The notes below the pieces were generated by a model. That model did not search any database and had not been told where the DNA came from. It saw only the letters and a list, made by a program, of their open reading frames with translations. Shown here piece after piece: positions 9,497-19,744 of a stretch of DNA of 64,000 nt. The position numbers and the translations under genes were made by a program. This DNA is from Bacteroidales bacterium (GTDB taxonomy: Bacteria > Bacteroidota > Bacteroidia > Bacteroidales > VadinHA17): the NCBI GenBank assembly GCA_050014255.1, contig JBEKDR010000006.1:7907-71906 (forward strand). The letters run 5' to 3'. The stretch's first letter is position 1. Every line of letters starts with the position of its first letter.

Positions 9497-12130
9497 CTAT
9501 TTTAAACCAAACCTGTAGCTGAATTTTATCAGGAAAACGTTATGAGGCTTATTATCCGCTGTACTGAAAAGATTGCTCATATCGCTGAACAGATCCAGAT
9601 TGGATGAACTATTTGAACTGCTCCTCGTCTGGCTCCAGACGAAATAAACTGATGACCCCGGGTTATATTCCCATCTTATTACCAGGTTGGAAAGAAAATC
9701 CTGAACATTAAAATCCGTCCTGTTAAAACTATAATCAATCGATCCGTCAACATTTTCATCAATATTATAAGAATCTCCGACGAGGCTTATCTGATCTGGT
9801 GAATATGTCCGGAAACGATTTTTGTAATCATGCGCCATGGGATCAGAAATATACTTATGATTATAATACTTTCCTGTCGCAAAGAAAGGTTGTCCCCAGT
9901 ATTGGAGAGTAAGGTCAGGGCTCATGTTCAGATTCACCCTGAACGATGTGCTTATGGTTTTCCTGTTGATACTTGCGAAAATGTATTTTTCCTTATTGTT
10001 CACATTCACGCTTGTGACATACTGAAGCTCACAGTATGATTTGCTGAATCCCGGATTGAAAGAGACCGCCAGCCAGTTTGTTGGTTTAAATGAAATGCCA
10101 CCACCCGTGCTGAAGTCTTTTGAGCACTTCTCAAGACCAATTGTACTGTTGACGTAGCCATTGAAAACAAGTTTTCTCCGGTTATCGGTTGTGAATCCAA
10201 AACGGCCATAAATATTACCCGGCGTCTTCATCATCGGTCCACCACGAAGTATAGTCTGGTCAAGGCTGCTGCTTCTGAGAGCTCCGCCGGAATATAAACT
10301 CCAGAAATTTTTCAGATCCATGTTTGCATTCCATTCATAGCCTTTTGCAGTGTTGCTGCTTCCAAAATTCCAGACAGAATATATATCCGAATTTATGTTA
10401 AACTTCCTGTATATCCATGCCGGTTGATACTGGTTGTACTGGGCCCACAGGACAGACATAATCTGATCGGCTTCGCGCATATAGCCAAGGTCATTTGTTT
10501 CAAAGCCGGGTGTTTTCCAGGTAGTTGCATTCATGAAATTCCAGTGTCCGTTAAGCTTCAGAATCTGCATCCTTCCTCCTGATCCGGCCAGTGAAGTCCT
10601 GGTTGTGTCAAGAACTGAATAATTATTATCAGGCCGCTGGAAATAATGTGCCGAAGATTTTTGAGTATTCTCTATTGCTTTTTTTGATCCTTCAACAAGA
10701 CTGAAAGCTGTACTCAGGTTGAACATCCAGTTTTTCTCTTTGAAATACTGCGTAAAATCAGCCCCGCAGGAATAGGCGGCTTTATGCATAAAGTCACTCA
10801 CATCGGCATCAAGCTCTCTGTTGGCGCTGGTTAAAATCCCTCCGATTAAAGTGTTGCCATTATTTATATCTTTCTGCATTCTTCCCACAAAGTAGTTTGT
10901 GAGAGGCTCAACAGTTTTCGACATTCTCCCCCCGACAGTGTCAATTTCAGCTTTCATATGAGCGGTCATAACTTCAATAAAACCGACTGAAAGTCCGTTT
11001 TTCGTTTTGCCGGTAAGCTTGGCTGCTCCGAGGATTGTCGACCGGACAGGCACATCTGCATGCCAGCCGTCTTTCAGATCGGGGTAACCATGCGGTTGAC
11101 GGCCTATTCGCCTGGAGTAGAACAGGTTATCGTTTCCCACTTCTCCGTCACCGATTCCAAGACTAAAATTAGTGATATTGCTTCCCTCAATAAAGAATGG
11201 CCTTTTTTCGGCGAAAAAGGTTTCAAAAGCTGACAGATTCACTTCGGATGGATCTGCTTCAACCTGTCCGAAATCAGGATTTATTGTCAGATCCATTGTC
11301 AGATTGTTGGTCACTCCAATTTTTGCATCAATACCACCGTTAATTGCTGATAGTTTCCCGTTTGCCAAAAATGGATTTCCGGGAACAGCCTGGAATGTTT
11401 CAGTCCTTGCGACTCCATAAGGGGTCACATCAAAAATTTTGCGGGGTTCAATCCTTTCAAGTCCTTTCAGTTCTCCAAAAAGATGCATCAGCCCGGAAGC
11501 ATCTCTGGGGATAGGCTGCCAATAAGTGGTTTCATTCTTTCTGAACAAGACCCTTCCGACATCAAATCCCCAGATATCTCCTGATTTCTTTTCAAACCTT
11601 ACCTGGCTGAATGGAATTTTCATCTCGGCAATCCAGCCCTCGCTGTTAACTGAAGTTTTAACCCACCAGTTTGGATCCCATGTAGGGTCTTCATCCTGTC
11701 CGTCGTTTGTCATCAAGTGGTCATATTTAACGCCGGTTGAGCTTACTCCGAACAGGAATCCTGTTCTCAGATCATGAAAACTGTCGAGGATAATGCCGAC
11801 CAGATCCCCATCCTGTTCATCACGACGTGTCAGCCGGTTGACAATACTGTCGGGACTAGTGTCATAAGCCTTAATGGCAACATACAGGTTATTATCATCA
11901 AATAAAATTTTGAACTCGGTCCTTTGAGATTCCGGCCTGCCATCGTAAGGCTGATTCTGGGTAAAACCACCGGCCCAGGTCCCTGCCTGCCATGCTTCAT
12001 CATCGAGGATTCCATTAATTACAGGAGGAACCATGATCCTTGTTGCAGTATACTGTTTCCTTACTATCTGTCCAAAGCCACTTGTGATAAATAAAGAAAC
12101 TATCAAGGTCAAAATAATAATGCGTTTCAT
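9497..12130 (-). CDS. DUF5916 outer-membrane protein with N-terminal CBM9-like domain
   Basis: Signal peptide; PVINGILDDEAW, NPDFGQVEADP and EKRPFFIEG motifs; C-terminal KFSYRF. Start set at ATG 12130 rather than TTG 12139. Confidence 0.85.
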   Translation of the reverse strand: MKRIIILTLIVSLFITSGFGQIVRKQYTATRIMVPPVINGILDDEAWQAGTWAGGFTQNQPYDGRPESQRTEFKILFDDNNLYVAIKAYDTSPDSIVNRLTRRDEQDGDLVGIILDSFHDLRTGFLFGVSSTGVKYDHLMTNDGQDEDPTWDPNWWVKTSVNSEGWIAEMKIPFSQVRFEKKSGDIWGFDVGRVLFRKNETTYWQPIPRDASGLMHLFGELKGLERIEPRKIFDVTPYGVARTETFQAVPGNPFLANGKLSAINGGIDAKIGVTNNLTMDLTINPDFGQVEADPSEVNLSAFETFFAEKRPFFIEGSNITNFSLGIGDGEVGNDNLFYSRRIGRQPHGYPDLKDGWHADVPVRSTILGAAKLTGKTKNGLSVGFIEVMTAHMKAEIDTVGGRMSKTVEPLTNYFVGRMQKDINNGNTLIGGILTSANRELDADVSDFMHKAAYSCGADFTQYFKEKNWMFNLSTAFSLVEGSKKAIENTQKSSAHYFQRPDNNYSVLDTTRTSLAGSGGRMQILKLNGHWNFMNATTWKTPGFETNDLGYMREADQIMSVLWAQYNQYQPAWIYRKFNINSDIYSVWNFGSSNTAKGYEWNANMDLKNFWSLYSGGALRSSSLDQTILRGGPMMKTPGNIYGRFGFTTDNRRKLVFNGYVNSTIGLEKCSKDFSTGGGISFKPTNWLAVSFNPGFSKSYCELQYVTSVNVNNKEKYIFASINRKTISTSFRVNLNMSPDLTLQYWGQPFFATGKYYNHKYISDPMAHDYKNRFRTYSPDQISLVGDSYNIDENVDGSIDYSFNRTDFNVQDFLSNLVIRWEYNPGSSVYFVWSQTRSSSNSSSNLDLFSDMSNLFSTADNKPHNVFLIKFSYRFGLK

Positions 12131-12164
12131 ATAGTTCAAAAAGTTTTTGGTTTTTTGAGCTAAT

Positions 12165-12191
12165 GACGGAGGTGGGAAACAACCTGACGCA
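12165..12191 (-). promoter_or_regulatory. Possible ECF promoter TGCGTCA-N17-GTC
   Basis: Minus strand TGCGTCA GGTTGTTTCCCACCTCC GTCAT, about 35 nt upstream of the DUF5916 start. Confidence 0.35.
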
Positions 12192-12250
12192 AAAATGAGT
12201 TATTTAGAACGATTATAAATATGGCCAGCGTCGAATCAAATCAAAAGTCT

Positions 12251-12443
12251 TTTGAGGATGGGATTCCTCGTCCGCCAGTTGGCGGACTCGGAATGACAAG
12301 ACAATTAGATGGTTAAGAGGGGAAGAAGGGGCGATTCGCAGATGAATTCTAAAATAACGACTGGTACTGCGAATCGCCCCTTCTTCCCCCTATGTCTCTC
12401 ACGTACAATGTCATCCCGAACGAAGTGAGGGATCTCCCTCAAA
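12251..12443. repeat. Nested palindromic REP/REPIN-like element
   Basis: Two oppositely oriented TGTCAT-tagged REP-like units (12262-12298, 12409-12436) enclose a perfect 23-bp inverted repeat (12319-12341 / 12367-12389); outer TTTGAGG...CCTCAAA. Confidence 0.75.
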
Positions 12444-12774
12444 CATTACAAAGAAATTTTACCAATACTATTTATCGTACAAAAACAATGTGCATAACAG
12501 GTCTTAAGGATAAAAAGATAACTTTCTTGTAATGTTTATTATATAATATGCTGTCTTTAGTAACCAAGTGAGGAATCCTAACCTGATGACCAGTAATTCT
12601 AAATAATGTAATGATGGATTTTGATGATTCAAAGCCTCAATTAATGAGATGTGTATAGAGGGTAGTTAGAAAAATGAAAGCATGGGCCCCTCAATAACTC
12701 AAATAAAAAACGATAATGTATTGATATACATAGTAGTATTCAAATATAAAATCAATGAATTTTATTAATACCCC

Positions 12775-12948
12775 TTATTCAAAGATCCGGTCTTTGAAAA
12801 TTTGTTTTAAAGCTCCTGAATCAAATTTTAATCCACGGCAAATAAAAACATGAAAATATGCATTGCGATCATCACGCGCATAGGGACATAATACATGTTC
12901 TGTAGCTTCAACCTTATCGAAAAACTGTTCATCCAGGGATTTCAGGTT
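12775..12948 (-). pseudogene. Start-less 3' remnant resembling the C-terminus of a GT39-type glycosyltransferase
   Basis: Open frame NLKSLDEQFFDKVEATEHVLCPYARDDRNAYFHVFICRGLKFDSGALKQIFKDRIFE* with no start codon; resembles the end of the 7813-9357 product. Confidence 0.35.
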
Positions 12949-12949
12949 C

Positions 12950-13303
12950 TTATTTCTGTTTTAAAAAGTCCCCATCGATTATCATTACTTTTACTCCGTT
13001 TGCTGTTGTCGAACGGTGTGAGCTCAAATCGTCTGAGACAACATAAGTCATTCCTTCCTTCAGGACAAATTTTTCACCGTCTTGTAGCTCGCTCACAAAT
13101 TCGCCATCCAAACAATGTACAATGTGTCCTTTTCGGCACCAATGATCAGCCAAATATCCTTTTGAGTATTCGACTATCCGGATTCTTAATCCCTGAAACT
13201 CTAAAGTTTGCCAGAATGCTGTACCGGTTTCTCCTTTATGTTCAATTTTGGGGATCGCTGTCCAGTTTATTGCCTGGAATGGTATATTCTTGTCAGTTTT
13301 CAT
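12950..13303 (-). CDS. DHCW-motif cupin fold protein
   Basis: GYLADHWCRKGHIVHC and HRS motifs. Confidence 0.85.
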   Translation of the reverse strand: MKTDKNIPFQAINWTAIPKIEHKGETGTAFWQTLEFQGLRIRIVEYSKGYLADHWCRKGHIVHCLDGEFVSELQDGEKFVLKEGMTYVVSDDLSSHRSTTANGVKVMIIDGDFLKQK

Positions 13304-13418
13304 TTGATAATATTTAAATATAAAGTGATAAAGTCTGGAGGGTTGAATAACGCATTATAGATTGTTTCATTAAGTTCATCTGCAAAAATATTCATTTGGC
13401 ATAATAAATTTGATGATC

Positions 13419-13447
13419 TGTTGAACAATTGCTCCTTTTGTTCAACA
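13419..13447. promoter_or_regulatory. Perfect 10-bp inverted repeat, candidate operator
   Basis: TGTTGAACAA-N9-TTGTTCAACA, 16 nt upstream of the permease ATG in a divergent intergenic region. Confidence 0.45.
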
Positions 13448-13463
13448 ATTAATTCTCATCAAT

Positions 13464-15815
13464 ATGATTAAAAGTTTCTTCAAAATCGCTTTACGCTACC
13501 TGTGGCGCAAAAAAAACTACAGTATCCTGAATTATGCCTGTCTTACTTTCGGGCTTACATGTTCAATTATTACGGTACTCTATATTCTGAATGTTTTCAG
13601 TTATGACAAGTTTCATAAAAACTATAAACGGCTCTATTCAGTCGATGCCTATGTTACCTATTTTAACGGCGCCCGTTTTCCCAAAGAGTACCTGTCTGCC
13701 TCACTGGTCGATGTACTGAAAGTAAATGCTCCTGAAATTGAGGAGATGACACGGGTCGCAGAAAGGAGCTATTCATTTATTAATGGTGATAATACATTTG
13801 GTGAGAAAGGGTTATATGCCGATAACAACTTCTTTAATGTCTTTACTTTCCCGCTCATAAAGTCAGGCAGCCTTAATGTGCTTAGCGATTTAAACTCGAT
13901 TGCAATTTCGGAACGTATGGCAATGAAGTTCTTTGAAAGCACTGATTGCGTGGGAAAAACACTGATTCTGAAAGATGGCAGCCGGAAGGAAGCTTATAAA
14001 GTTGCCGGTGTTTTTAAGGAGGTTCCAAGGCAATCAAAGATGCAGTTTGACTTTGTAATCCCTTTTTCAAAATTTCTGTCGGATAACAGTTGGGCCGTCG
14101 AAACCGGAGCAACTGCCAACCAGACCTGGATTTTACTTAAAAATAATGTCACTCCGAAAATCGTTGAAAATAAAATCAAAAACCTGATCAGGAATCAGGA
14201 AACAACTTTGAACCAGGAGCTTTTCCTTTTTCCTCTCAGAGAACAGATTTTATATACATATGCTGCCGGGAAAAGGGTCTGGAAGGAAATGCAGAACATT
14301 GTGATTATCGGTACCATTGGATTTACTATCCTGTTAATTGCATGCTTCAATTTTATTAATCTTGCGATTGCTTTGAACTTCAGGCGCTACAGGGAGGCCG
14401 GTATTAAAAAAGTTGCAGGAGCGTCCAAATCGTTGATTGTATTTCAGTTCCTGGGCGAAACATTCATTATTACTGTTGCAAGCCTTTTAAGCGCGGTCAT
14501 CCTGGTCAGGGTGCTTCTGGCCGGGTTCAATACGATGTTTAACTATGACATCCATCTCAGGTTCCTTGATTTCAGAATGATAACATTTTTTGTTGGCATT
14601 ACCCTGTTCACCGGATTGATTTCCGGATTGGCTCCTGCCCTGTATCTGGCATCATCCAATCCTGTCATTGCGCTTAAAGGTGAAAAAATCACCGGCCACA
14701 GCTACAGTAATTTCAGGCAAGGCCTTATTGTTTTCCAATTTGCAATACCTATTGTTCTGATTATATGTATGATGATTATCAGAACCCAGGACAGTTACAT
14801 GCGTCATTTTGATGTCGGAGTGGACAAAGACAGGCTTATCATTCTTGATAATTCAATAAACATTCAGCGTCATGCAGAAAGTGTTAAATCAGAATTGCTT
14901 GCGATTCCCGGTATTGATGCAGTCAGTTTCACCAACTGCATTCCGACGCGCGGTGCGAGAGTTTCGAGTGAGGTGAACTGGGAGGGGAAAGATGCCACCG
15001 AAAAGCTCCATTTCTGGTGTGTAGGTTCTGATTTTGATTATGACAAAGCTGTGAGTGTCAAATTGGTTGAAGGCAGATTTTTCAATCCTTCGTTCTCAAC
15101 GGATACTGCTGCATATCTGATAAATGACGTAGCTGCCGGAGTGATGAAGAACAAAAATCCAGTCGGTTCAGCAATAACTCTCGACGGTCGCAAAGGAATC
15201 ATAATCGGTGTATTTAAAGATTTCCACTCCATCGATCTGGCCGGTCCTCTTGTTCCTACCATTATGCAAATAAAAACCGACAACAGACCGACTATCCTCG
15301 TTAAGTATTCTTCAGGTTCATTTCGTGAAATCTCCGCTGAAATAAGGGCCGTTTACAAGCATTATGAACCTGATGCAGCATTTAAGGCCACATTATTTCG
15401 CGACCTGATACCCTATTCAGATCTTAGCCTCCCTTCAAGACTGGTCGGCCTTGCATTTATTATTGCTTTACTGCTAGCTTGCATGGGATTATACGGCCTC
15501 GCCTCTTTCACTTCCGAGAACCGCACCAAAGAAATTGGGATCAGAAAAGCCAATGGGGCGACCACCGCATCAGTAATGCGCCTCTTGCTTACCAGTTATA
15601 CAAAATGGCTGACAATAGCATTTCTTCTTGCGCTGCCTATAGCCTTCATGTTAGGTAAAAATTTCCTTATGAGATTTAATTTCCACACTCCAATGCCGGT
15701 CTGGGCATTTTTAGCAGGGCCTGTCATTGCCTCCGTCGTAGCGCTACTAACGGTCAGTTCTCAAACCTGGAGTGTTGCGAACCGAAACCCGGTAAAAGCC
15801 CTCAGATATGAATAA
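13464..15815 (+). CDS. ABC transporter permease (MacB/FtsX family)
   Basis: 783 aa; ACFNFINLA..REAGIKK, RTKEIGIRKANGA and NPVKALRYE. Confidence 0.92.
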   Translation: MIKSFFKIALRYLWRKKNYSILNYACLTFGLTCSIITVLYILNVFSYDKFHKNYKRLYSVDAYVTYFNGARFPKEYLSASLVDVLKVNAPEIEEMTRVAERSYSFINGDNTFGEKGLYADNNFFNVFTFPLIKSGSLNVLSDLNSIAISERMAMKFFESTDCVGKTLILKDGSRKEAYKVAGVFKEVPRQSKMQFDFVIPFSKFLSDNSWAVETGATANQTWILLKNNVTPKIVENKIKNLIRNQETTLNQELFLFPLREQILYTYAAGKRVWKEMQNIVIIGTIGFTILLIACFNFINLAIALNFRRYREAGIKKVAGASKSLIVFQFLGETFIITVASLLSAVILVRVLLAGFNTMFNYDIHLRFLDFRMITFFVGITLFTGLISGLAPALYLASSNPVIALKGEKITGHSYSNFRQGLIVFQFAIPIVLIICMMIIRTQDSYMRHFDVGVDKDRLIILDNSINIQRHAESVKSELLAIPGIDAVSFTNCIPTRGARVSSEVNWEGKDATEKLHFWCVGSDFDYDKAVSVKLVEGRFFNPSFSTDTAAYLINDVAAGVMKNKNPVGSAITLDGRKGIIIGVFKDFHSIDLAGPLVPTIMQIKTDNRPTILVKYSSGSFREISAEIRAVYKHYEPDAAFKATLFRDLIPYSDLSLPSRLVGLAFIIALLLACMGLYGLASFTSENRTKEIGIRKANGATTASVMRLLLTSYTKWLTIAFLLALPIAFMLGKNFLMRFNFHTPMPVWAFLAGPVIASVVALLTVSSQTWSVANRNPVKALRYE

Positions 15816-15867
15816 AACAGATATCGAGCCGAAAAGGAATTAATAGAATTTGTGGTTAAATCTTTTT

Positions 15868-15909
15868 ACCACTAAGGATCGCTAAGGTTATCACTAAGGT
15901 ACACAAAGG
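15868..15909 (+). repeat. Degenerate 10-11-mer tandem array (CACTAAG/CACAAAG family)
   Basis: ACCACTAAGG ATCGCTAAGG TTATCACTAAGG TACACAAAGG; a 42-bp partner lies at 17868-17909. Confidence 0.6.
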
Positions 15910-15949
15910 TTTTCACGACTGTTCACCAGGAATTTACTGATAAAAACGT

Positions 15950-16531
15950 TCATATCCTTGCGCCTTCAATTTCACTGATAATTTTGTACCTGGCTCTAGA
16001 GAAGTGCGACCTCGATGTACTGCTGGGGATTGACAATATCTGACCAATCTCCTCGTGGTCGTAACCTTCAAACAAATATAGAGAAAGGACATCGCGATAT
16101 CTGTCCGGAAGAAGTCTTATTTTTCCCATAACTTTTTTTATTCTGGGATCAGGTTCATCATTGTAACAATGATTTTCAGAGCAGGTTTCTTCCATGCCAT
16201 GAAAGGATTCAAAATCTTCATAGATCATTTTCCTTTTTTTCTTAAGATAATCGAGTGACCTGTTTTGAACAATTTTTTTAAGCCAGGCACCAAAGCTTAC
16301 AATTCCTGAGTAAGAACTGATTTTCTCAAAGGCTGACAAAAAAGCTTCCTGCATGATATCTTCAGCCTCCATGGCATCATTCACAATTCTTAAGCTTATA
16401 TTATACATTGCTTTATAATATAATTTGTAAATCTGAAACTGAGCTTTCTGATCACCTCTTTTGCAACCATCAATAAGTCCCTGATGTAAGTTAAGAAATT
16501 GTACTTCCGGATTAACTCCTTTTGCATTCAT
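15950..16531 (-). CDS. ECF RNA polymerase sigma-70 factor
   Basis: EAEDIMQEAFLSAF, FGAWLKKIV and GYDHEEIGQIL..STSRSHFSRAR. Confidence 0.92.
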   Translation of the reverse strand: MNAKGVNPEVQFLNLHQGLIDGCKRGDQKAQFQIYKLYYKAMYNISLRIVNDAMEAEDIMQEAFLSAFEKISSYSGIVSFGAWLKKIVQNRSLDYLKKKRKMIYEDFESFHGMEETCSENHCYNDEPDPRIKKVMGKIRLLPDRYRDVLSLYLFEGYDHEEIGQILSIPSSTSRSHFSRARYKIISEIEGARI

Positions 16532-16656
16532 AATATTTAATTTTGATTTGTCGGATCAAAACTAATATCAGGCTGCATCTGTTAAAGAACACCCCTATAA
16601 GGATGATGTACATCCCGATAGGCAAGTATAAATTAGTTAATGTAAGTACAATACAA

Positions 16657-17820
16657 TCAGGAATTTATTGATTTTTTGAAATCTGAAGGAGTTTTACGGG
16701 TAAGTTTCTTAAACGCATTATTAAATGCAGTTTTTGAATTATATCCAACCATTTCAGATATCTCTTCAACTGTAAGTTTATTCGATTTGTCACCGGATAA
16801 AATTCTTTTCGCTTCTTCCACCCTGTATGATGCAAGCAATTCAAAAAAACTTTCATTGAGCTTTTCATTAATTACCTGGGAAACATGATGAGGGCTCTCT
16901 CCTAATTTCTTTGCCAGTTCCGACAAAGATGCAAGGTTATCCAAAAAATATTTTTTTGTCTCAAGTTCAAAAATAATATTGTCAAGTATTTTAAGTTTAG
17001 CTGCTTCAGTTAAAGAAGACTTACGATACTTGCTCATGGATAAATCCATGAAAGCTGTGGAACGGTCAAAATAGTCCGAATCATTCATGATTCTGAAAGT
17101 GGTTATCAGAATAATAACCGAAACATAGGCACCGATATAATAATCACCCAAATCACCTTTAAAACAAAGTTTTACAATAATGAAAATCAATAACACTATC
17201 GTAATGTGAAAAACCATATTCCTTAACGGTCTCAGAACTTCATCCTTTGTTGTGAGAATCGATTCACCTTCCTGGTGTCCTTTCTTCATCAATAACCTGA
17301 AAGCAAATGAAATATAAATGACTAATTGAATTCCTGTCGCTAAATTCAGCCATTTCTTTAATTGCAGCGGGTCATTCGATACAAAATAATGAAATTTGAT
17401 GGTCGGCCAATCCGGATGAAAACTATAGACATAAGAATTATACTTCATCTCATTGGGCTGAATGAGATCGAAAGTGAGGTAGCAGAGGTACAGGAAGGCA
17501 ATTATAAAATGTATCCAGTCTTTTTTAGAATTGGACTGGTCAAGACTTCTTTTGATAAAAAGATAAAGCAATGGGCCGATTGTTAAATTAAGCGGTTCTG
17601 AATAATTCGTAATGACCAGGACTTTAGTAATATAGCCCGTAAGGTTAAGAAACTGCTCAAGGATACAGAGGGTAAGTGAAAGAAGCAGCAATCCCTGGTA
17701 CAGGTTGGCTTTAATGTTTGATGATGACTTTATTATAAAGAAAAAAGAAAGGATCAAACCCTGGAAAACTCCTATAAAAATAAATGCCGATATGGCATCT
17801 AAATGTGTGGTCGTGTTCAT
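16657..17820 (-). CDS. Membrane-anchored AraC family transcriptional regulator
   Basis: About 7 N-terminal TMs; C-terminal ISEMVGYNSKTAFNNAFKKLTRKTPSDF HTH. Start moved to ATG 17820. Confidence 0.9.
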   Translation of the reverse strand: MNTTTHLDAISAFIFIGVFQGLILSFFFIIKSSSNIKANLYQGLLLLSLTLCILEQFLNLTGYITKVLVITNYSEPLNLTIGPLLYLFIKRSLDQSNSKKDWIHFIIAFLYLCYLTFDLIQPNEMKYNSYVYSFHPDWPTIKFHYFVSNDPLQLKKWLNLATGIQLVIYISFAFRLLMKKGHQEGESILTTKDEVLRPLRNMVFHITIVLLIFIIVKLCFKGDLGDYYIGAYVSVIILITTFRIMNDSDYFDRSTAFMDLSMSKYRKSSLTEAAKLKILDNIIFELETKKYFLDNLASLSELAKKLGESPHHVSQVINEKLNESFFELLASYRVEEAKRILSGDKSNKLTVEEISEMVGYNSKTAFNNAFKKLTRKTPSDFKKSINS

Positions 17821-17867
17821 TGACCAAATGTAATGAAGTTTTTGAATATTTTCCTTTAATAAATTGA

Positions 17868-17909
17868 ACCACAAAGTACCACGAAGTATGACTCAAAGTA
17901 ACACAAAGG
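17868..17909 (+). repeat. Degenerate 10-11-mer tandem array (CACAAAG family)
   Basis: ACCACAAAGT ACCACGAAGT ATGACTCAAAGT AACACAAAGG; same length and phasing as 15868-15909. Confidence 0.6.
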
Positions 17910-17943
17910 GTAAAAACAAAAATTGGGAATTGGAAGCAAAAAA

Positions 17944-17988
17944 CAATGCCGTTCAGAACAGGCAGTCATGCAAATCTGAACGACATTG
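17944..17988 (-). terminator. Intrinsic terminator of the ECF-DUF4097 operon
   Basis: CAATGCCGTTCAGA...TCTGAACGACATTG stem, with a minus-strand U-tract. Confidence 0.55.
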
Positions 17989-18015
17989 ATTAACCTAAAC
18001 TTAATTGTCGAAACT

Positions 18016-18843
18016 TTATTTGGCCCCCTTTTTTACATAAATATTCCCCTGCATGTTTTTCATCATCATTTCAGGTCCGCCGCCATTGATCTTTCCTAAG
18101 ACCCAGTCATCTTTTTTTATCTTGTACAAACCTGGTTCAGTAGTCTTATCTATTTTGGCCGGTGTTTTATCAATGTCTATATCAAAATCACTGTAGACGT
18201 CTCCATTATCGGATTTTAGTTTCAGATTGGCTTTCGTATCTGCCGGAAGAGTGACATTGACGTCGCCATTCAATGTTGAGAACGCCATCGGGGCTTTAGG
18301 GTCGACAGCTTTGAAAGTCACATTCACATCTCCGTTCACTGTATTGGCAACCACTGAACCTGAAATATTGGTAAGAGTGATCTTATCGTTGACATTATTC
18401 ACTTCCAGTTCCCCTCTCACATTATCCACCACAATTTCACCATCGTTTACGGTGCCAATCTGAAGTTTCACATCCTGTGGAATTTTAAGCTCCAGATCAA
18501 TAGCTTTGTTGGGATTGCCGGTATTAACCGTAACATTATTATCAGCTTCCTTTGCGGTAACTTCATAACTTCCATGCGTCGATATTCGTTTCATCCCATT
18601 TTCAACAGCATTCGATCCTTCTTCGTTGTCGCCGTCCCTTGGAATTACGTTGATTATGATGTCTTTGCCATCAGAGCTTGCAACTTTTATCGATCCTGAA
18701 ACCAGATGTACTTTCAGGGAGTATGATTTCCCTGGGCTGCTCAGTGGCACTGTTAACTGTTCTGTCGATCCGGTTTGTCCGAATGACTTTGTTCCGACAA
18801 ACAGGCTTAGTAATACCAGGCCTGCAATTCTCATTTTTTTCAT
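18016..18843 (-). CDS. DUF4097 beta-strand repeat (putative adhesin) secreted protein
   Basis: Signal peptide; repeated T(V/L)NGD(V/I) units. Confidence 0.8.
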   Translation of the reverse strand: MKKMRIAGLVLLSLFVGTKSFGQTGSTEQLTVPLSSPGKSYSLKVHLVSGSIKVASSDGKDIIINVIPRDGDNEEGSNAVENGMKRISTHGSYEVTAKEADNNVTVNTGNPNKAIDLELKIPQDVKLQIGTVNDGEIVVDNVRGELEVNNVNDKITLTNISGSVVANTVNGDVNVTFKAVDPKAPMAFSTLNGDVNVTLPADTKANLKLKSDNGDVYSDFDIDIDKTPAKIDKTTEPGLYKIKKDDWVLGKINGGGPEMMMKNMQGNIYVKKGAK

Positions 18844-18854
18844 AATTGTATAAT

Positions 18855-19721
18855 TTAAGATTGCTTTTTAATATAAACGTTCCCGTTAAGTGTTTCAAAT
18901 TTGAATGTTTTACCACCCTTGCCAAAACGCACAGCAGTGGCAGTATTTAATTTATAGACTATCCCATTGCCATTCTTTTCCCGGACTTTAGTGACTGAGG
19001 CAGGGAGTACCTGCACCTCGGAAAAATCAGTATAAAGATCCCCATGCATGCTTTTAAACTGAAGATCGGCCGAAAGACCCGGCTGGTAACTTACATGTAT
19101 ATTCCCGTTTATAGTATAGTATGAAGATTCCTCTGCAGGATTGGCCTGATAACTTACGGATACGTCTCCGTTTACCGTATGCGCATAGGTTGTCCCTTTT
19201 GCATTTTTGATTGATATCTCTTCATTCACATTATTTACATGCAGATTCCCGCTGACATTATTCACCGAAATAATCCCGTCATTCACTGTTGAGATATGCA
19301 GGTTCATGCCATATGGTACCTTGACTGTAAAATCGACATTATACTGGTATTCGATTTCCTGACGATCATCATTATATTGCCAGCTTCTGTGAGGGCGTGA
19401 ATCGTAAGGTTCTGCAATATAAGCCATTATGGTGTCGGTTCTCTCATCAAAAGCAAGCTTAAATTCCTTTTTACCCGTTTCAAGGATTTTGTCGTCATCT
19501 GCCGTGATGGTCTTATCCATTTCAAGTATTACCTTATTCCCTGAGCACCCTTCCACTTTAAGAAACCCTGAAATATTATAAATGAAAAGTGTACTTTTTC
19601 CGGCATCATCTGAAAGTGTGAATTCTTTGCTCATATGCTCCTTAAATTCCCTGGCATTTGCCTCCGTAACAGTGCATATTATTCCCAGTCCCATTAAAAG
19701 GGCAACTATTTCTTTTTTCAT
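18855..19721 (-). CDS. DUF4097 beta-strand repeat secreted protein
   Basis: Signal peptide; STVNDG, HTVNGDV, YTINGNI and ETLNGNV repeats. Confidence 0.8.
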   Translation of the reverse strand: MKKEIVALLMGLGIICTVTEANAREFKEHMSKEFTLSDDAGKSTLFIYNISGFLKVEGCSGNKVILEMDKTITADDDKILETGKKEFKLAFDERTDTIMAYIAEPYDSRPHRSWQYNDDRQEIEYQYNVDFTVKVPYGMNLHISTVNDGIISVNNVSGNLHVNNVNEEISIKNAKGTTYAHTVNGDVSVSYQANPAEESSYYTINGNIHVSYQPGLSADLQFKSMHGDLYTDFSEVQVLPASVTKVREKNGNGIVYKLNTATAVRFGKGGKTFKFETLNGNVYIKKQS

Positions 19722-19744
19722 TTTATATGTTGATTATTTGGTTT

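Noticed and set aside
13396-13413. Sigma-54 promoter TTGGCATAATAAATTTG before the permease
   Set aside because: Spacing does not fit GG-N10-GC.
15868-17909. Exactly 2000-bp offset between the two decamer arrays
   Set aside because: The round number has no evident meaning; only the pairing is reported.
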